DNA of 64,000 nt from Octopus bimaculoides (lineage: Eukaryota). Shown here piece after piece: positions 25,062 to 39,029 of the stretch. A model generated the notes under the pieces. It was not told the origin of the DNA. It made no database searches and worked only from the letters and a program-made list of their open reading frames with translations. Positions within the stretch are counted from its first letter, which is position 1. Each line of letters opens with the position of its first letter. A program made the position numbers and the translations under genes. The stretch lies in the NCBI RefSeq assembly GCF_001194135.2, contig NC_068982.1, forward strand, positions 162,136,267-162,200,266. The letters run 5' to 3'.

Positions 25062-26441
25062 GTAAGTACTGTCAGTAAGAAAGCTTTCCATTAGTTTTTT
25101 ATCTGCACAAATATTCCCAAATATGATATTGTTTGATACATAGACATTATAAATAACAATCTGAAAGGCCCACTGCCAGGTCTCAACCCATGTATCTATA
25201 ATTTACTGAGCAATACATATATAATTTACTGAGCAATAGATATATCTTGTCCAGAGACGTATGACATTTTTTTATCGCAAATTATTGCTTTATAATATCT
25301 AATATAATTTACATAAACATCTCAACAGTTGATACATCAGATTGTGTTTATATCTGGGACACAAGACTGGATTGTATAATTAAAGGGGATATAGTGTTAA
25401 GAAACCAAAGTAGGTATGAATTATATATTTTTGCTATAGACCTGTGTTTGTGTAGCAAACTAGTTGTGTTTATGTTTCATATTAGTGAAAATAGAGATGC
25501 TTTATCCATTTGTCAGAAAGATACTGGTAATAAATGAAAACATGCCAAGGCCACATCCAAAGAGGGCAACCCAACTAATTGGTATGCAGTAATGTACCAA
25601 CACCCTTCACCATCTAGCTCTTTGACATGGTATTACCTTGTTTTATCAAGGGTGAATTGGTAGAGTTATTGGAATATCTGAGAGAATGCCTAACAATATT
25701 TATCCTAACTTTCTTTGCTCTGAGTTCAAATCCCACCAAAGTCAACTTTATTTTTCATTCTTTCAGGGTTGATAAAAAATGTACTAGGCTAGATAGTTTA
25801 CAGTATTTGCTCCAACTCTGTGTTCTAAGTTGAAATTCCACTATGGCCTATTTGGCTGATAGACTTTTAATCTGTCATCTGGTTTAATACCACCACTGCC
25901 TTTACATTGTCCACTCTGTTGCAAGCACTTGGGCCAGGTCTCTGATTTGAGGATATCTCCNNNNNNNNNNCCTCCATATACTCACAGTTTCAGAAGCCCA
26001 AACATTGCCTTCCCTCCAGACTTATATATAAAATGTGTTTTATAATTATAACTCTTTAGAGCTGACTTGTATTTTATCCATGATCTTCTCAAGCCTCACA
26101 TCAACTATTTTTTTTTTGTCTTCCACTGCAACACATCAGCCCCTTTGGAATTTTCTTCTTCTTCTTCATGTTTCTCCTACAATTGTAAACTGGGGGCTGT
26201 TCAAGAGGAACATTAACAAATTCAGTCTCCTTGTTCTTGAAGGGCCTGCAAATGTCATTAGCAAAGCTCTTTCTTCAAGAACAAATCATTAAAAAAAATG
26301 TAAAGAGATTTGAAACATAGTCAGTGGAACTGCTGTTGTTGATACTTAGTGATATCATGCTGTTTTAATCCAAGTCATACATGTTATCTCTCTACTTCTT
26401 AACTCCTCTTTAGCTCATCAGAAGAAATGAAGCCATAACTG

Positions 26442-27611
26442 GTCATTGTATTTAGGTCTATCTGACATGCAAGTGGATAGCCAAAGCTGTAAGGCTATTG
26501 ATAACTGTGTTAGGTTTGAACTGGATTTAAATACCATTCTCAGATTAATTATTTAGTTCCACATCAACACATGGTTAAGTATAAGCAATTTCTGTTGTTT
26601 CTAATAAAATTTATCAGCTTAACCACCACTCTCACTACCACTACAACCACCATTATCATTACAATTATCATCAACCAGAACCACCACATCATTATCATAA
26701 AACAAACACCACAGCCATCACAAACATCACTGCAACCATCACCACCTTCAAAAACCTTCAGTTTGTTTTGGTGTGTAAGTCTGGACCCAACTCCATCTTT
26801 TGGTTTTATTTCCAGCAATGTGTATCTATATAAACTTGTAACATGTGGAATGTTGATTGAGTAGACCTGTGGTCAAAGGCTTTCTTGCCATAACCATCCA
26901 GTCTATTGTCTCAGATTACATTATACCTACTTTCTCATTCCATTTCTTTTTCTTTGAAGACAAAGAGTATGTGTGATTTGAGAAAGATTTAACTGCTGTT
27001 CACTCATTCGTCATTGATATAGCCTTCAGTAACAATACTTGTTTCTCTTTTCAGTTATGTGATAAAAGAGTTGGTTGAAACTGAGAAGGATTATGTTAAA
27101 GACCTTGGTCTTATTATTGAGGTAAGTTCATATTAAACATTGAGAATGTATCTGTCAACTTTAATATAAAATGAACTCTACATGTACATGGGGAGATTGT
27201 GTATGTAACTGTCATTTGAGATGGTAGCTATATACAATTAGTTAACATCCTGTGTTAAATAGATGCACATTTTTGACTGTAGAACATTCTGGTAGATATA
27301 CGTTTGGGTAAAGCAACTATAGGTATTGGAAAATTTGTCATTGTTATATCACTATGTCTGGCCTTAAGGTTGTTGTTGAGCACCAGGTCAATCCTGATGC
27401 AAGTCATTGTATTTAGGTCTATCTGACATGTAAGTGAATAGCCAAAGCAGAAGGGCTGTTGATAACTGTGTCAGGTTTGAACTGGATTTAAATACCATTC
27501 TTAGATTAATTACTTAGTTCCACACCAACACATGGTTAAGTGTAAACAATTTCTGTTGTTTCTAATAAAATTTACCAGCTTAACCATCACCCTCACTACC
27601 ACTACAACCAC
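26442..27611 (+). repeat. 209-bp direct duplication (26442-26650 and 27403-27611) flanking the exon at 27055-27121
   Basis: Colinear copies offset by 961 bp with scattered substitutions. Confidence 0.9.
27055..27121 (+). CDS. trio: Trio DH2 exon, (N)YVIKELVETEKDYVKDLGLIIE
   Basis: Canonical AG/GT sites. ELVETEKDYVKDL is the conserved first helix of Dbl-homology domains. Confidence 0.97.
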
Positions 27612-27654
27612 TGAAATAATTCTATTTGTGATAATCCCATTTTTTATTCTGATA

Positions 27655-28045
27655 TAGTGCATCTTGGATTTGTGTATGTTGTGGTTAAGAAGCTTGCTTT
27701 CCAACCACGTGATTTTCGATTCAATCCCACTGCATGACACCTTGGACAATAGTCTTTTATTGAAGCCCTGTAGGTAGATTTGGTAAACAGGAGCTGAAGG
27801 AAGCCCGGTGTGCATGTGTGTGTGTGTGTGTGTCTCTTTGACTTGACATTGTGCAGTAGTTGTAAGCAAGCTTCACCATCATACAAGCAGTGTTGTTCGT
27901 TTCCAGTTTTCTGTGAAAGCATGTCCAACTATAGGGAAATATTACCTTGCTTGGAAACAAGTGAGGGTTGGTGACTTGAAAGGCATCCAGCAATAAAAAA
28001 TATGCCTCAACAAATTCTATCTGAGCCATGCAAGCAACAAAAAAT
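27655..28045 (+). mobile_element. SINE family A copy
   Basis: Similar to 1056-1475. Further copies at about 10430-10620, 57920-58230, 61480-61690 and 63700-63860. Confidence 0.7.
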
Positions 28046-28086
28046 ACACCACCTGTCTTCGTCTGTTGTATTTTCGTGAATTCTCC

Positions 28087-28138
<52 letters not shown>

Positions 28139-28304
28139 TCGTTTAACATCTGTTTTCCATGGATGGTTTGAAAGGAGCTGGAGAGCTGTCCAAGCTCCAA
28201 TTGTCTGTTTTGGCATGGTTTCTATGGCTAGATGCCCTTCCTAACGCCAACCACTTTACAGAGTGTGCTGGGTGCTTTTTATGTGTTACTGGCATGAGTG
28301 TGGT

Positions 28305-28340
<36 letters not shown>

Positions 28341-28650
28341 TAAATTATTGAAAATTGCCTTGGTGCTTACGGGTTTTCAGTTAGCTAGTCAAATAGTTTG
28401 TTGAGGAAGGTCTTGCTGCAACTTTATATGGTATCAATGACTTACATTTAGTTTGTCATTTAGTTTGTGACTCATCCTATATTGTTTATCTTTTGTTGTA
28501 AACTATTCAGTTTGTCAGATTTTCTGAACGTACTTTCATTGCATATTATTTCATCTGTATTGCTATCATTATTCTCATCGTTATCATCATAATCATCATG
28601 TTTGTATTCCGATATGACAGTTTTATGTAATAAATTTCTGTTGTATTCAG

Positions 28651-28754
28651 GGCTACATGGGCTACCTAAAAGAGAATCCATTGAGAGACGGCATGGAAGG
28701 AAAGGATAAGATTATATTTGGTAATATTCATCAGATATATGATTGGCATCGAGA
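28651..28754 (+). CDS. trio: Trio DH2 exon, [34 protein letters not shown](E)
   Basis: AG/GTAAGT sites, phase 0-2. [17 protein letters not shown] is the Trio/Kalirin GEF2 signature. Confidence 0.97.
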
Positions 28755-29816
28755 GTAAGTATCAGGTTATCTTTAGATCCTCTCTCAAACTGATATTTAA
28801 CTACACATACATGCACATTCACACATTCATAGATTGATATACACACACATCCACACACATACCTACATTCACTTAATCACTCTCAAATTCATACTCACAC
28901 TCATTCACATCCACACACTTGCAAGTATATTCTTATACATACTTACATGTGTGTGTGTGTGTGTGTGTGTGTAAATTTACAAATAAAATGTACTCAGTAT
29001 TGCACCAGAGTATAGTTATTTATGGAGTGTTGAAATTTGCAATTAGTTATGTAGGTAATGATCCTCCAATTCATATGACTCATTCATGTGAGCAAACTCT
29101 AAATTGCTTGCTAATTCATTCTTTGGAAATAATTATTATATATCATATTGCAGCTGCAAATTTGTCAACAACTATTACTCGGTTTATTTGACAGTACCCG
29201 CCTCCTCTGCACATATGCCATGGCTGCCCTTCATAGAGTGGGTTGACTGCATTTGACTGCCACAGTACTATTTTGGAGAAGGGAGTTGTCTGATGGCCAC
29301 GTCTCTCTCTCTCATATATATATAGCCACTCACACACACATACACACATACATTGTTGTTAATGCGCCAGGATAGGGGTTGGATAATCCAGATGCCACCA
29401 AATATTCACATGCAAAATTAATGTTAATAAAGTGATTAAAATGTCAAGTAGTGTAAGATGAGGTGAAGTAGAATTCTTGTAGCAGATCTCTTCTCTAGAA
29501 AATAACAAAGAGTCACTAACTGAAACAATAGAACTCTCAGTGAGAAGAAGTCTGTGTGGAGTTGCTTGACCTACTAGAAATAGCAGGCAAATCCTCAGAT
29601 CACACTTTATTATCTTAGAAAAGTGAGAACACAATGGATAATGTGTGCTTGGGAAAAAGACAGAATGGTCAACATTTGGAATATCCTTGATTATATTTCT
29701 GCATGATCAAAGTTACCTGTGGCTAAATAGCAACATACAATTTTCAGATCCTTGCAACACAATAAATATTCCTGCTTCTGAACTTTATTGAGCTGACATT
29801 TGCCAGTATAAACACA

Positions 29817-29817
<1 letters not shown>

Positions 29818-29902
<85 letters not shown>
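29818..29902. repeat. (CT)n microsatellite, representative of many (TA)n, (CA)n, (ATT)n and (CAT)n tracts
   Basis: Read directly. Other examples are (ATT)n at about 24108-24173 and (TA)n at 16697-16749. Confidence 0.98.
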
Positions 29903-29905
<3 letters not shown>

Positions 29906-30001
29906 CCCCCTCTGCTTTCTTTCATTAGTTTCATCAGTCTTTTTTTTTATATTGTTTATCCACTGTGTGTTATTTTTTTATTTATTTATTTTTCTTTTCA
30001 G

Positions 30002-30071
30002 AATATTTCAACCTGAATTAGAAAAATGTATAGAAGAACCTGATAAGTTAGGATCTGTGTTTGTAAGATAT
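30002..30071 (+). CDS. trio: Trio DH2 exon, (E)IFQPELEKCIEEPDKLGSVFVRY
   Basis: Long pyrimidine tract plus cAG, GTGAGT donor, phase consistent with both neighbours. Confidence 0.96.
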
Positions 30072-30149
30072 GTGAGTATCTTTAACTCTTTGTTACTAAT
30101 TCACAGTTACTAGTAATTAATATGGTAATAAGTTATCTACATTTGAAGG

Positions 30150-30530
30150 ATACTTTTTCTAGTTATCAACAGTGTTTCAGTAAACTTTATACTATTGTGC
30201 TAGTTTCTACCAACAGTACAGAAGTAAATATTACTGTATACCACAGTACTATCAGTCAACTTGGCATCAGTAAACATCACTACATAATTACTATTGCACT
30301 AGTCACTATCATCTCTAGAGAAGCAAAGAATACTACTGTACTAGTTTCTACAAGCAGTACAGGAATACTAGTTTCAACATATTAGTGTACTACTGACAGT
30401 GCAGAAATAACCTACATTATACTACTGTACTAGTTACTAGTTACTAGTTACAGTAGACAAGTAAACAATACTATACACTATTCTAATATCTATTAACAGT
30501 ACATAGTAAACAATACTGGATATTATTGAA
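30150..30530. repeat. Degenerate ~40-bp tandem repeat (tactactgtactagtttcta..cagtacagaa)
   Basis: Recurring motif visible by eye. Confidence 0.55.
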
Positions 30531-32997
30531 TTATACTTTTCCAAGTACAAATTAAATACACTTAAAGCAAGTTTAATTAAGCTCAAAGTAAATTAAAATG
30601 GCACCATCAGACTTTTGATGTCTTTATCTAATGAGTAATAAATTACAGTTCAATTTTAAACCTTCGTAAGAATAATCTATTTTGGAAATACATAACACAG
30701 CTACTGTTATCATAAATACAACTGTTTCAGTGAAATCATTCTTCAGTCAAGATGTCTTACTGTATAGATTGTTGAGATGCAGTCAGTCCTTACATTGAAT
30801 GTAAATGTTAATTGTTGGCATTCATTTAAATCACTCGAGTGACTCAGTATTTTCATGTTCAATCTTCTGGACTTTGTTATGGACAGCTCTGCAATACAAA
30901 TATGGTACACAGTCTCTACTTACCCAATTATATGCTATTGTCTTAAAACCATGTACAATAGCAATAGAGTCCCAGTCTTCTCATTCAGTAGCAGACAGTA
31001 CATGCATACAAGTTTCAAGTGCAAGCTTCTTGTATGCCCCACACCCACTTGCTTCCCTGTTTGACACAGTACTTGTAACTTGAGATAAGCTATCTTGCTC
31101 TGAGACTGGCTTTCATCAACTGTAAGTAAACACAGCATTGAAAACCTAAGTCAAATGATGAAATGAATTCAAGCTTGAAACAAAATAGCATAAGACCTAA
31201 CAATTTAAGATATAGACATCTGTTGTTTTATCTCATTATCTGCTATTTAATTTGCTCAGTGGTAATTTTAGTTTGCTTCAAGGTTATTCTAATTTGTTTC
31301 AAGATTAACATGCTTCGAGTTTATTTTAATTTGTACCTGCGGAGGTATACATTCATACATGTCAACATTACATAGTAAGCATCATTATATACTGCTGTAT
31401 TCATTTCACAAGATACATGATCACTTCAATAGGTAAGAAGAGTCTAATAAACTGGAACACTCTATTAAACTAAGAAGTATTGAGAGAACTGTTTAATTAC
31501 GATTTTATATTGTATCAAGTGTTTAGTTGTATCTATATATCTGGTATGTATTGTTTGATATTTCTAGAAGAATGCAGATGAGAGTAATGCAGTTATTAAT
31601 CAGTTACAGTTGTTTTGCTATTTAGTGGAAATTTTACATCAATGAAAAAAGTTATGTAAACTCATATAATATTAAATGAAATTTTCCACCAACCATCTCT
31701 GTCATTCTTGGTGTAAATGTAATACTAACATATGTAGCTGATATTGGTTAAACAAATATGAGAAAACAAGCTGCTTATAAGATCATAGTAATGAATTAAA
31801 TAGTAAGTTATTGCACTATCAGGGAGACACTCAAATGGAGCAACTGTGAAGACAAAGTATCATCTTAGTTCCCATTCATTGGAGCTATTGTAAACTTCCA
31901 TATTTAGGGAACTAAAAATTTATTGTATGCATGTATACTAGTGGAGAGATAAGTAGACTAAGAAAATATGATGGAGAAGTTGAAAGAGGTGAGAGTTTAC
32001 TAATATATTCTAAAAAGTGCCATTAATAAGAGGAAGAAAAATATAAAGAGAAAATCAGGACAGATAAGATTTAAAGGATGAAAACAGCTAATTAGAATAA
32101 CAGTACAGAATACAGTTGTAAGGCTACTACTAGAATTATGGTTTGATATTATTAGATGAATTAGATCTGAAATTAAATAAAATTATTAGTTAAAAAATAA
32201 AAAATTAGCTATTCAAGAAAAATTTTAAGTTGGAAATTAAGATGGTGAGAACATTTTATATGGAATCATTTGTGATAAGAACTGGAGTAACACAAAGAAT
32301 AAGAATGTTATTTTTAATTCTTATTAAAACTAAGTGAGTTAGCTAAATGGAATTTCAATAAAGTTTTATTGAATTGGTGGGAACAACAGGTCAATAATTC
32401 AAAACCCTTATTAATTAGAACTGCCCTACACCTGATAATTTTAAGTGCTTCCATAGAACATAAATTACAACTATACCCACTCCTTTTGTATGGAAATGCA
32501 GTATGTATAATTGACTACAAAATTGAGTTAATATTTCTCTCTTTGAGATCCCAGATAAATTTATCTAGTGAGGTACTCAGGTCTTTCTTTTGTTACTAAA
32601 GCAATGTATATGTTTATGTAAGTATATGTTTATGTGATCTAAATTCAAAACAGTTATACACTAAATACTTCTAAGACATTGTTTATTTAAAGGCATCTAT
32701 TTTGATCCCTATAATTACACATACTGTTAGGTGTATTATCTGAAGAGATATTGTATACTGCATTAGTATTATTGTTATAGCTGAAAGGGGACTCTAAAGT
32801 GCAAGTGTTATTTATACCAGATAGAGGTATATCATTCCCAAAGGATTGAGTATTGTACTTGCTATATGAAAGATTAACATCATGTTTTTCATTACTAATA
32901 CTATTTAATTTCCTATTGTTAATAGCTGCAATATTTTCAGCTAACTTAGGTGTGGTAAAATGTATGAACTTCCCAGTGTATCAAAGATTTTACTATA

Positions 32998-33202
32998 CAG
33001 TAATCCCTCGACTATCGTGGGTGTTACGTTCCAAAACCTTCCACAGAAATAATTAAAATCTAAAAACATATAAATACCTATCGGCTGCAGAAACCCAGAT
33101 ATACTGAGGAGTCCGCGATATAAATTTACATATATTAGCCAGAAAAATCCATGATGTACCAAGTGTGCAATAGGTGAACCATGATATGGTGAGGGATTAT
33201 TG
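32998..33202. mobile_element. pogo/Tigger-type MITE (205 bp)
   Basis: TA|CAGTAATCCCTCGACTATCG left end and an imperfect inverted right end (gatatggtgagggattattg). Confidence 0.75.
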
Positions 33203-34019
33203 ATGTTTAACCTTCCAAAGCCTTAAGATTCCAGAAATATCCAAAACTAAATTAATTCCAAAACAGATTTAAGCCATGTAATATTTCTCTTATATAATCT
33301 ATTTTTGCCAATTTTATTATTGTTTGAGTGATGTGCAGATTCTGCTCTCATGTGATACATATACACCTGAATTGTGCCATAGCTAGAAGAGTAGAGGGAT
33401 GAGTGTTGGGAAGATGAGGGGTGAGGAAACATTTGAAGGGGTGCAGGAGCAGGGCCCAGTAAGTATATAGAGATAAACAATGCTGTAGGATCTCATTTAC
33501 ATTGAGATGGATGTGTCTTCTCAAGCACAGCAACAGCAAATCCCCAATAGTCCTACTAATTTCTGTGTACAGTAAAAATCATCAACATCATGTTTATATA
33601 TTAATTCAGTTACCATAGATTTTAAGCCAACACTATAATAAAGGCTGTGAAGAGACTGTAAAAATATTTAAATAAAATGTGACACTAAAACTTTTTTCCT
33701 AGAACTTATTTTCTGTATTTAAAATATTTGCTATAATTAAATTAATTATTGATTCAAGCAATTATCAGTTCAAATAATTGTTTTTCCAAGCAACTGTTTT
33801 CAACAAATTGGCATCAAACCATATACAGTATGTCTTTCAATCTAAATATTGTATATAGTGTATCATTTGATCTATATAATATATAATGTTTTGTTGTCGG
33901 TCTGTATATTCTTAAGTTTATTTTAACCTGCAAAATCAAGGCTGGAAATATCAAAATTTTTAATAATTTTAAAGCAATTCTTTCAGATTATATCTATAAA
34001 TTTTTATTTTATATTTCAG

Positions 34020-34109
34020 GAAAGACGGTTGTATATGTATGTAAAATATTGTGAAAACAAACCAAAATCTGATTTTTTAGTTGCAGAATATATAGATTCA
34101 TTTTTTGAG
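34020..34109 (+). CDS. trio: Trio DH2 exon, [30 protein letters not shown]
   Basis: AG/GT sites, phase 0-0, contains the YCxNKPKS DH motif. Confidence 0.96.
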
Positions 34110-34769
34110 GTAAAACTTTTTTCATACTTTCACTCTATTATATTTTTATAGTAACAACATGTTATTATTGACATTAAGATTATTTGTTAACAGTGATTAT
34201 AATTTGGTAGGGAAGAAGGCAGAAAAGGGGGAAAATCATTTTGTCCACTTCTGTACATGAAATAATTATTGATCATAGATAGCACTTTACCACAACAGTG
34301 TGTTTTGAGGAAAGAGAGTGTGTATCTGTGTGACTGTATATGAAAGTAATATATAAAAACAGATAGTGTAAAGAAGGAAGATAAGCAAAAAATATTAAAT
34401 ATTCTCTTAAATTTTATTGCTTTAAAACAAGAGTTTGCATCATAGAAACAAAAGCAGTATCAGTTATCCTGTACTAAAAAGGGTTTTAATAGAGAAGATG
34501 AATCTTGTGTAACTTAATAAACTGAGTAAAGATTATTTGCCAACATAATGTGGCAGTCCTGGTTAGGATGATTGTTACTGTTATTTAGTCTCAGGAAAAT
34601 CATCTTCGGCTGGCTATACGGCACACGAATCTTTACTCTAGAGTACTGTTACTGAATGTCTCTCGTTCAGAGATTTAGAAATAATAATTTTCTATTTATA
34701 AGCTGAATTTTCCAATTTGATTAATTTCTATTTTTGTGATAATTGACCGATTCTTTTCAATACTTCTAG

Positions 34770-34862
34770 GACATCAGACAAAAATTAGGTCATCGACTTC
34801 AGCTTCAAGACCTGCTTATCAAACCTGTTCAAAGAATTATGAAATATCAGCTTTTATTAAAG
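34770..34862 (+). CDS. trio: Trio DH2 exon, [31 protein letters not shown]
   Basis: AG/GT sites, phase 0-0. [17 protein letters not shown] is the DH conserved-region-3 motif. Confidence 0.97.
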
Positions 34863-34939
34863 GTTTGTTGAAAATATCTTCTGAATTTCATTGTTTTATC
34901 ATCTGTAAAGATCTGTTAAATATTTCACAAATTTTTGAT

Positions 34940-35067
34940 AGAAGATTTAATATTGTCTGTCTAATTTGTTTAGAAGATTTAATATTGTCTGTCTAATTTG
35001 TTTAGAAGATTTAATATTGTCTGTCTAATTTGTTTAGGAGATTTAATATTGTCTGTCTAATTTGTTT
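34940..35067. repeat. 4 x 32-bp tandem repeat AGAAGATTTAATATTGTCTGTCTAATTTGTTT
   Basis: Four near-identical units with 1 mismatch. Confidence 0.95.
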
Positions 35068-35301
35068 ATTGTGTTAAGTTAATGGAGAAGAGAGATTCAA
35101 TTAGAGAGACTATATTAAAAGAGATAACATATTGATATAACTAACTAGTTTTATAGCTTTTAGGAGTCTTTATGCAGTTTTAATCATTGATAACTGGCTT
35201 CATTTTTAAAATTCTTTTTCGGCAATCTGGTAAAGGATAACTTGTTTTGTGGGGAATTTTCATTGAATGTAAAATTATTCTACAAAATTTCTTTCCAACA
35301 G

Positions 35302-35430
35302 GATATTTTAACACATACTCAGAAAGCTGGTTTGGATACTGCTGACATACAGAAGGCTGTGACTGTGATGTGTGTTGTACCAAAAGCTGCAAATGATATG
35401 ATGCAGGTTGGCCGCCTACAAGGGTTTGAT
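35302..35430 (+). CDS. trio: Trio DH2 C-terminal exon, DILTHTQKAGLDTADIQKAVTVMCVVPKAANDMMQVGRLQGFD
   Basis: AG/GTAAGT sites, phase 0-0. VMCVVPKAANDMMQVGRLQGFD matches the Trio GEF2 DH-PH junction. Confidence 0.97.
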
Positions 35431-35998
35431 GTAAGTTTCTGTCTTCATCACTTTAATATTTCCTTTTTTTATCGTTCCAATGATTGAAGCAGCTTTTCAC
35501 AGGAGTGGAATTTATCTCAAAGCCTGAAAGATTTCTTTATTCTCCTCCTAATTATTTCATATTAATTCTTTGTATAAATTTGTAGATGGTGGAAAGTAAG
35601 AAAGATTTCGTAGAAATTTTTTCTCCCATCAGTAAAGGCACAGTTGATAAAATGTTGTGGTGCTGAACTACTGACACCTGGTCATAAGTTCAAATCTTAT
35701 TGCTGTCAATTTAACGCACCCCTATCAAGACACTCTATGAGTCTGTTTGCTTACATAAAACAGATAAGGTTCTACTCTTACTTCTCATTTGACAATCATT
35801 AGAAATAGCATCCATCTAGCATTTAAAACAATTGTTCCATCAAATTAGCTACAGCAACCTATTAAAATGTTTATAAAACATTAAAAGAAGCATCAGTAAA
35901 CTGTTGTTAATGAGATGATGTGATACTTTGATATATTAATGAGATAGTTAGGCATAATTAATAAACCTAAATATACTATGCTCTTGTCTTTGATACAG

Positions 35999-36034
35999 GG
36001 TAAATTAACTGCACAAGGAAAGTTATTGCTTCAG
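35999..36034 (+). CDS. trio: Trio PH2 small exon (36 nt), GKLTAQGKLLLQ
   Basis: cAG acceptor, GTGAGT donor, matches Trio GKIxAQGKLLLQ. Confidence 0.95.
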
Positions 36035-37236
36035 GTGAGTATTTTTATTTCTCTCTTTTCTGTTCCTTTCTTTATTCTTTGTCCATTTCTCTTAAATTCC
36101 ACCTCTGTTGCCAGATGTTAGAATTTGCTGCAGATTATTGCCAATTTTGTAGCATTCATTCAAAGTGATTTCTTCTTCTGGATAAGTTATTACTTCATTG
36201 AAGAATTTCTGGAGAGGAAGTTTTTAATCTGAGTATTGCAAACAGCAAATTACTAATAAAAAGGGAACTGTATCTCTTAATGGTGTTCGTTTATAGTTAG
36301 TTGAAATGGTTTGTTGATAGTCAACTATTTTTATCAGAGCCACTCTAGTCCTGTTGGTAAATAGTTATTGTTCATCCCATTTTACCACTGTTCAAGCTGA
36401 ACTTTGATCAAAAACACTCCAACAGTGACCATCCCATCTTTTCCCCAGACACAATGCACCAAAAATTACATTATTCAGCATGTCCTATTTTGAATATTGA
36501 AAAATATGATGGGGGGGGGGCTGTTTCTAGCAGGTTGAGCAACTACACAAAGGCACTGTTGTTGACTTGTTAATAAATAGTAGTGAGCATCAAAATTATA
36601 TAATGACTTTGTAAAATGGAGTAGACAACAAATTATTTTCCCTTGCATTTTATGTATCAATGATTAACTAATTACATTGTCACAGCTAGTTAACTTTTTA
36701 AATATATTTATAATTTATTTCTTAAACTTTTTTCATGAAATAATGTTGTAAACTGATTTTGAGTATATCCATTTTCTTTGCTCTTACCATACACTGATAT
36801 ATTTGAACTAGTGTCCTCAACTTGGTTGTAATAGTCACAACCTTTCAGCTGTTGTCATCTCTGACCTTTAAGTGCTTGTTGCTTTTGAAAATTCTCACAG
36901 AATTTGGAACTGAATTCTTTTAAATCCAAAATGGTAGATTGTTCACATTCCATTGTTCATACCTTGGACATTCTCCTTAGTACTAATTCCATAATGCAAC
37001 TAATTCATTATGTTTCAACCAGAGAATATATAGCTTGAAAGACTCACCTCAAAAATTATTATTGGTCATCATGTCTTAAATTATTTCTAGACTGGATCGT
37101 GTTAACTTTACATAATTTGCTTATTAATTCACACATTTGTTCATTAATTCACTGATCTTTCCATTTCTTTACTGATGAAATAGATGACTACCTTTGTTCA
37201 GTATTACTTAAGTTTGTTCTATTTGTCTGTTCACAG

Positions 37237-37398
37237 GAAACTCTACTGGTTGGTGAAGTCACAGAAGGTAGTCACTCCAAATTTAGAGAAAGACGAGTGT
37301 TTCTTTTTGAACAGATCATCATTTTTAGTGAAGTGATTGAGGACAAGAAAAGGGGCAGTTTTTCTGATGCCAATTATATTTATAAAAACAGTGTAACG
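37237..37398 (+). CDS. trio: Trio PH2 exon, ETLLVGEVTEGSHSKFRERRVFLFEQIIIFSE...YIYKNSVT
   Basis: AG/GTAAGG sites, phase 0-0, RERRVFLFEQIIIFSE PH motif. Confidence 0.96.
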
Positions 37399-39029
37399 GT
37401 AAGGTTATATCAGTCATTACTCTTCCCATGTCTCCACCCTTTCTTTTTCTTTTTTTAACATTTGTTTATGTGAAGTCCAAGTTCAGCCCTGAGCAAGCAG
37501 ACCTATGACTAAAGGTATTCCAACCATGACCATCCCATCCATTAATCAGACAGTTTATCTGGAACTACATTAAGCAATGTGTCTCTTTTTTAGGGCAGTA
37601 GGATACAATTTAAGGGAGATTTAACTGCTACTTCTAGCAGATCAAGAAATGACTATATTCCAGATATTTGACTAGAAGTAACAGCCACTCTTTATCATAG
37701 CTAATGTTTACATGACAGAACTATGTCTGTGTATCATTGTAGTGATTAAGACCTTAGTTCCTCATCATATAACTAGTCTCTTTTCTCTCTCTTTTTGTCT
37801 CTCTTTCCCAACTGTTTCTTTCGCTCTCCTTACTCCTTCTTCCCCCTCTCTCTCTCTGTCTCCCTCCCTCCCCCTTCTCTCACACACATACACACACACA
37901 CACACAAAGCACCAACGACATGTAAAATTTACAAAGCTGCTCTTTTCCTCTGACATTAACTGAGATGGTACTTGAAGTGTGACATTTTAAAGTAGGGAAC
38001 ATGGCACCGTTTGCTTGGTGCACATCTGGTGTAATTAACAAATACAGAAATTAATAAACACTATGTATGACTAACAAACTGGGTAAATGAGCTAACAGAG
38101 ACAGGGCATTTAACTCTTCTTGCAGAAAACTTAGTATTTATAGTAGTTATATATTCATTTAATAATTATGCACCCATCCATCCAACAGATATACTCTCGT
38201 TTAATAGTTATTCTCTTAGAGTTGATTAGTTACTCCTTATTTTCTATTACTATGTTACATATCTGGTTGTATTATTGTAGATTAGTCATTCCTGGTTTTG
38301 TATTTGCTGTGTCACATATCTATCAGTATAACTGAAGTACATTAGTTTACTCTCAGTGTAATGCATGTGGTGGTTTTACTAAAGACAATTAGTCTCTCAT
38401 GTTGTGACTATATTACTTTCTGTAATACTGTGGTTGCATTTCTTTGAATATTGCTATGGTTATGAAATTGTGGTGACCAGTTTGCCACATGAAAGCATCT
38501 ATATCTTAATGATGATTTTTGTTTACTAACACTTGCACACACACACACATGCACACACAACCAACCAACCATATGTGTTTTGAAGAGAGAGAGAGAGAGA
38601 CAGAGAGAGACTGAAATATTACCACACAAAATAAGAGCTTAAAACAAAATCTATTCTTTGAAACAAAAAATTTAGAGCCAATTCAGAATATTTATGGTTA
38701 ATAGTTGAGTTCTCTTGTTTTCTTATAAATTTGTTAAATATTAGGTTTGTTAGATACTTTTCTGTTTTCAAGTTCTACTTGGACAGATATGGTTTTTTTC
38801 TACTTTCTTGACTTTATAAAGATAAAAATAAGTAAGTCCCTAAGGCAATAAGGTAGTTTACTGTCTTCTGCTATATATCTACAATATCTGGACTATATAA
38901 TGGTTAAGGGATAGTCTCTAAAACAGTAAAATGGTTTACTCTTTTCTACCATATAAAAACTGTAAATTACTTGTTGATCAACATAATTAGTAATTCTAAC
39001 AGCAAAGATAACTAACTGAAGAAAGCAGG

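Noticed and set aside
29184-29240. Alternative DH2 exon after tttgacAG
   Set aside because: The compatible phase reaches a stop after 17 codons and there is no similarity to the neighbouring DH exon.
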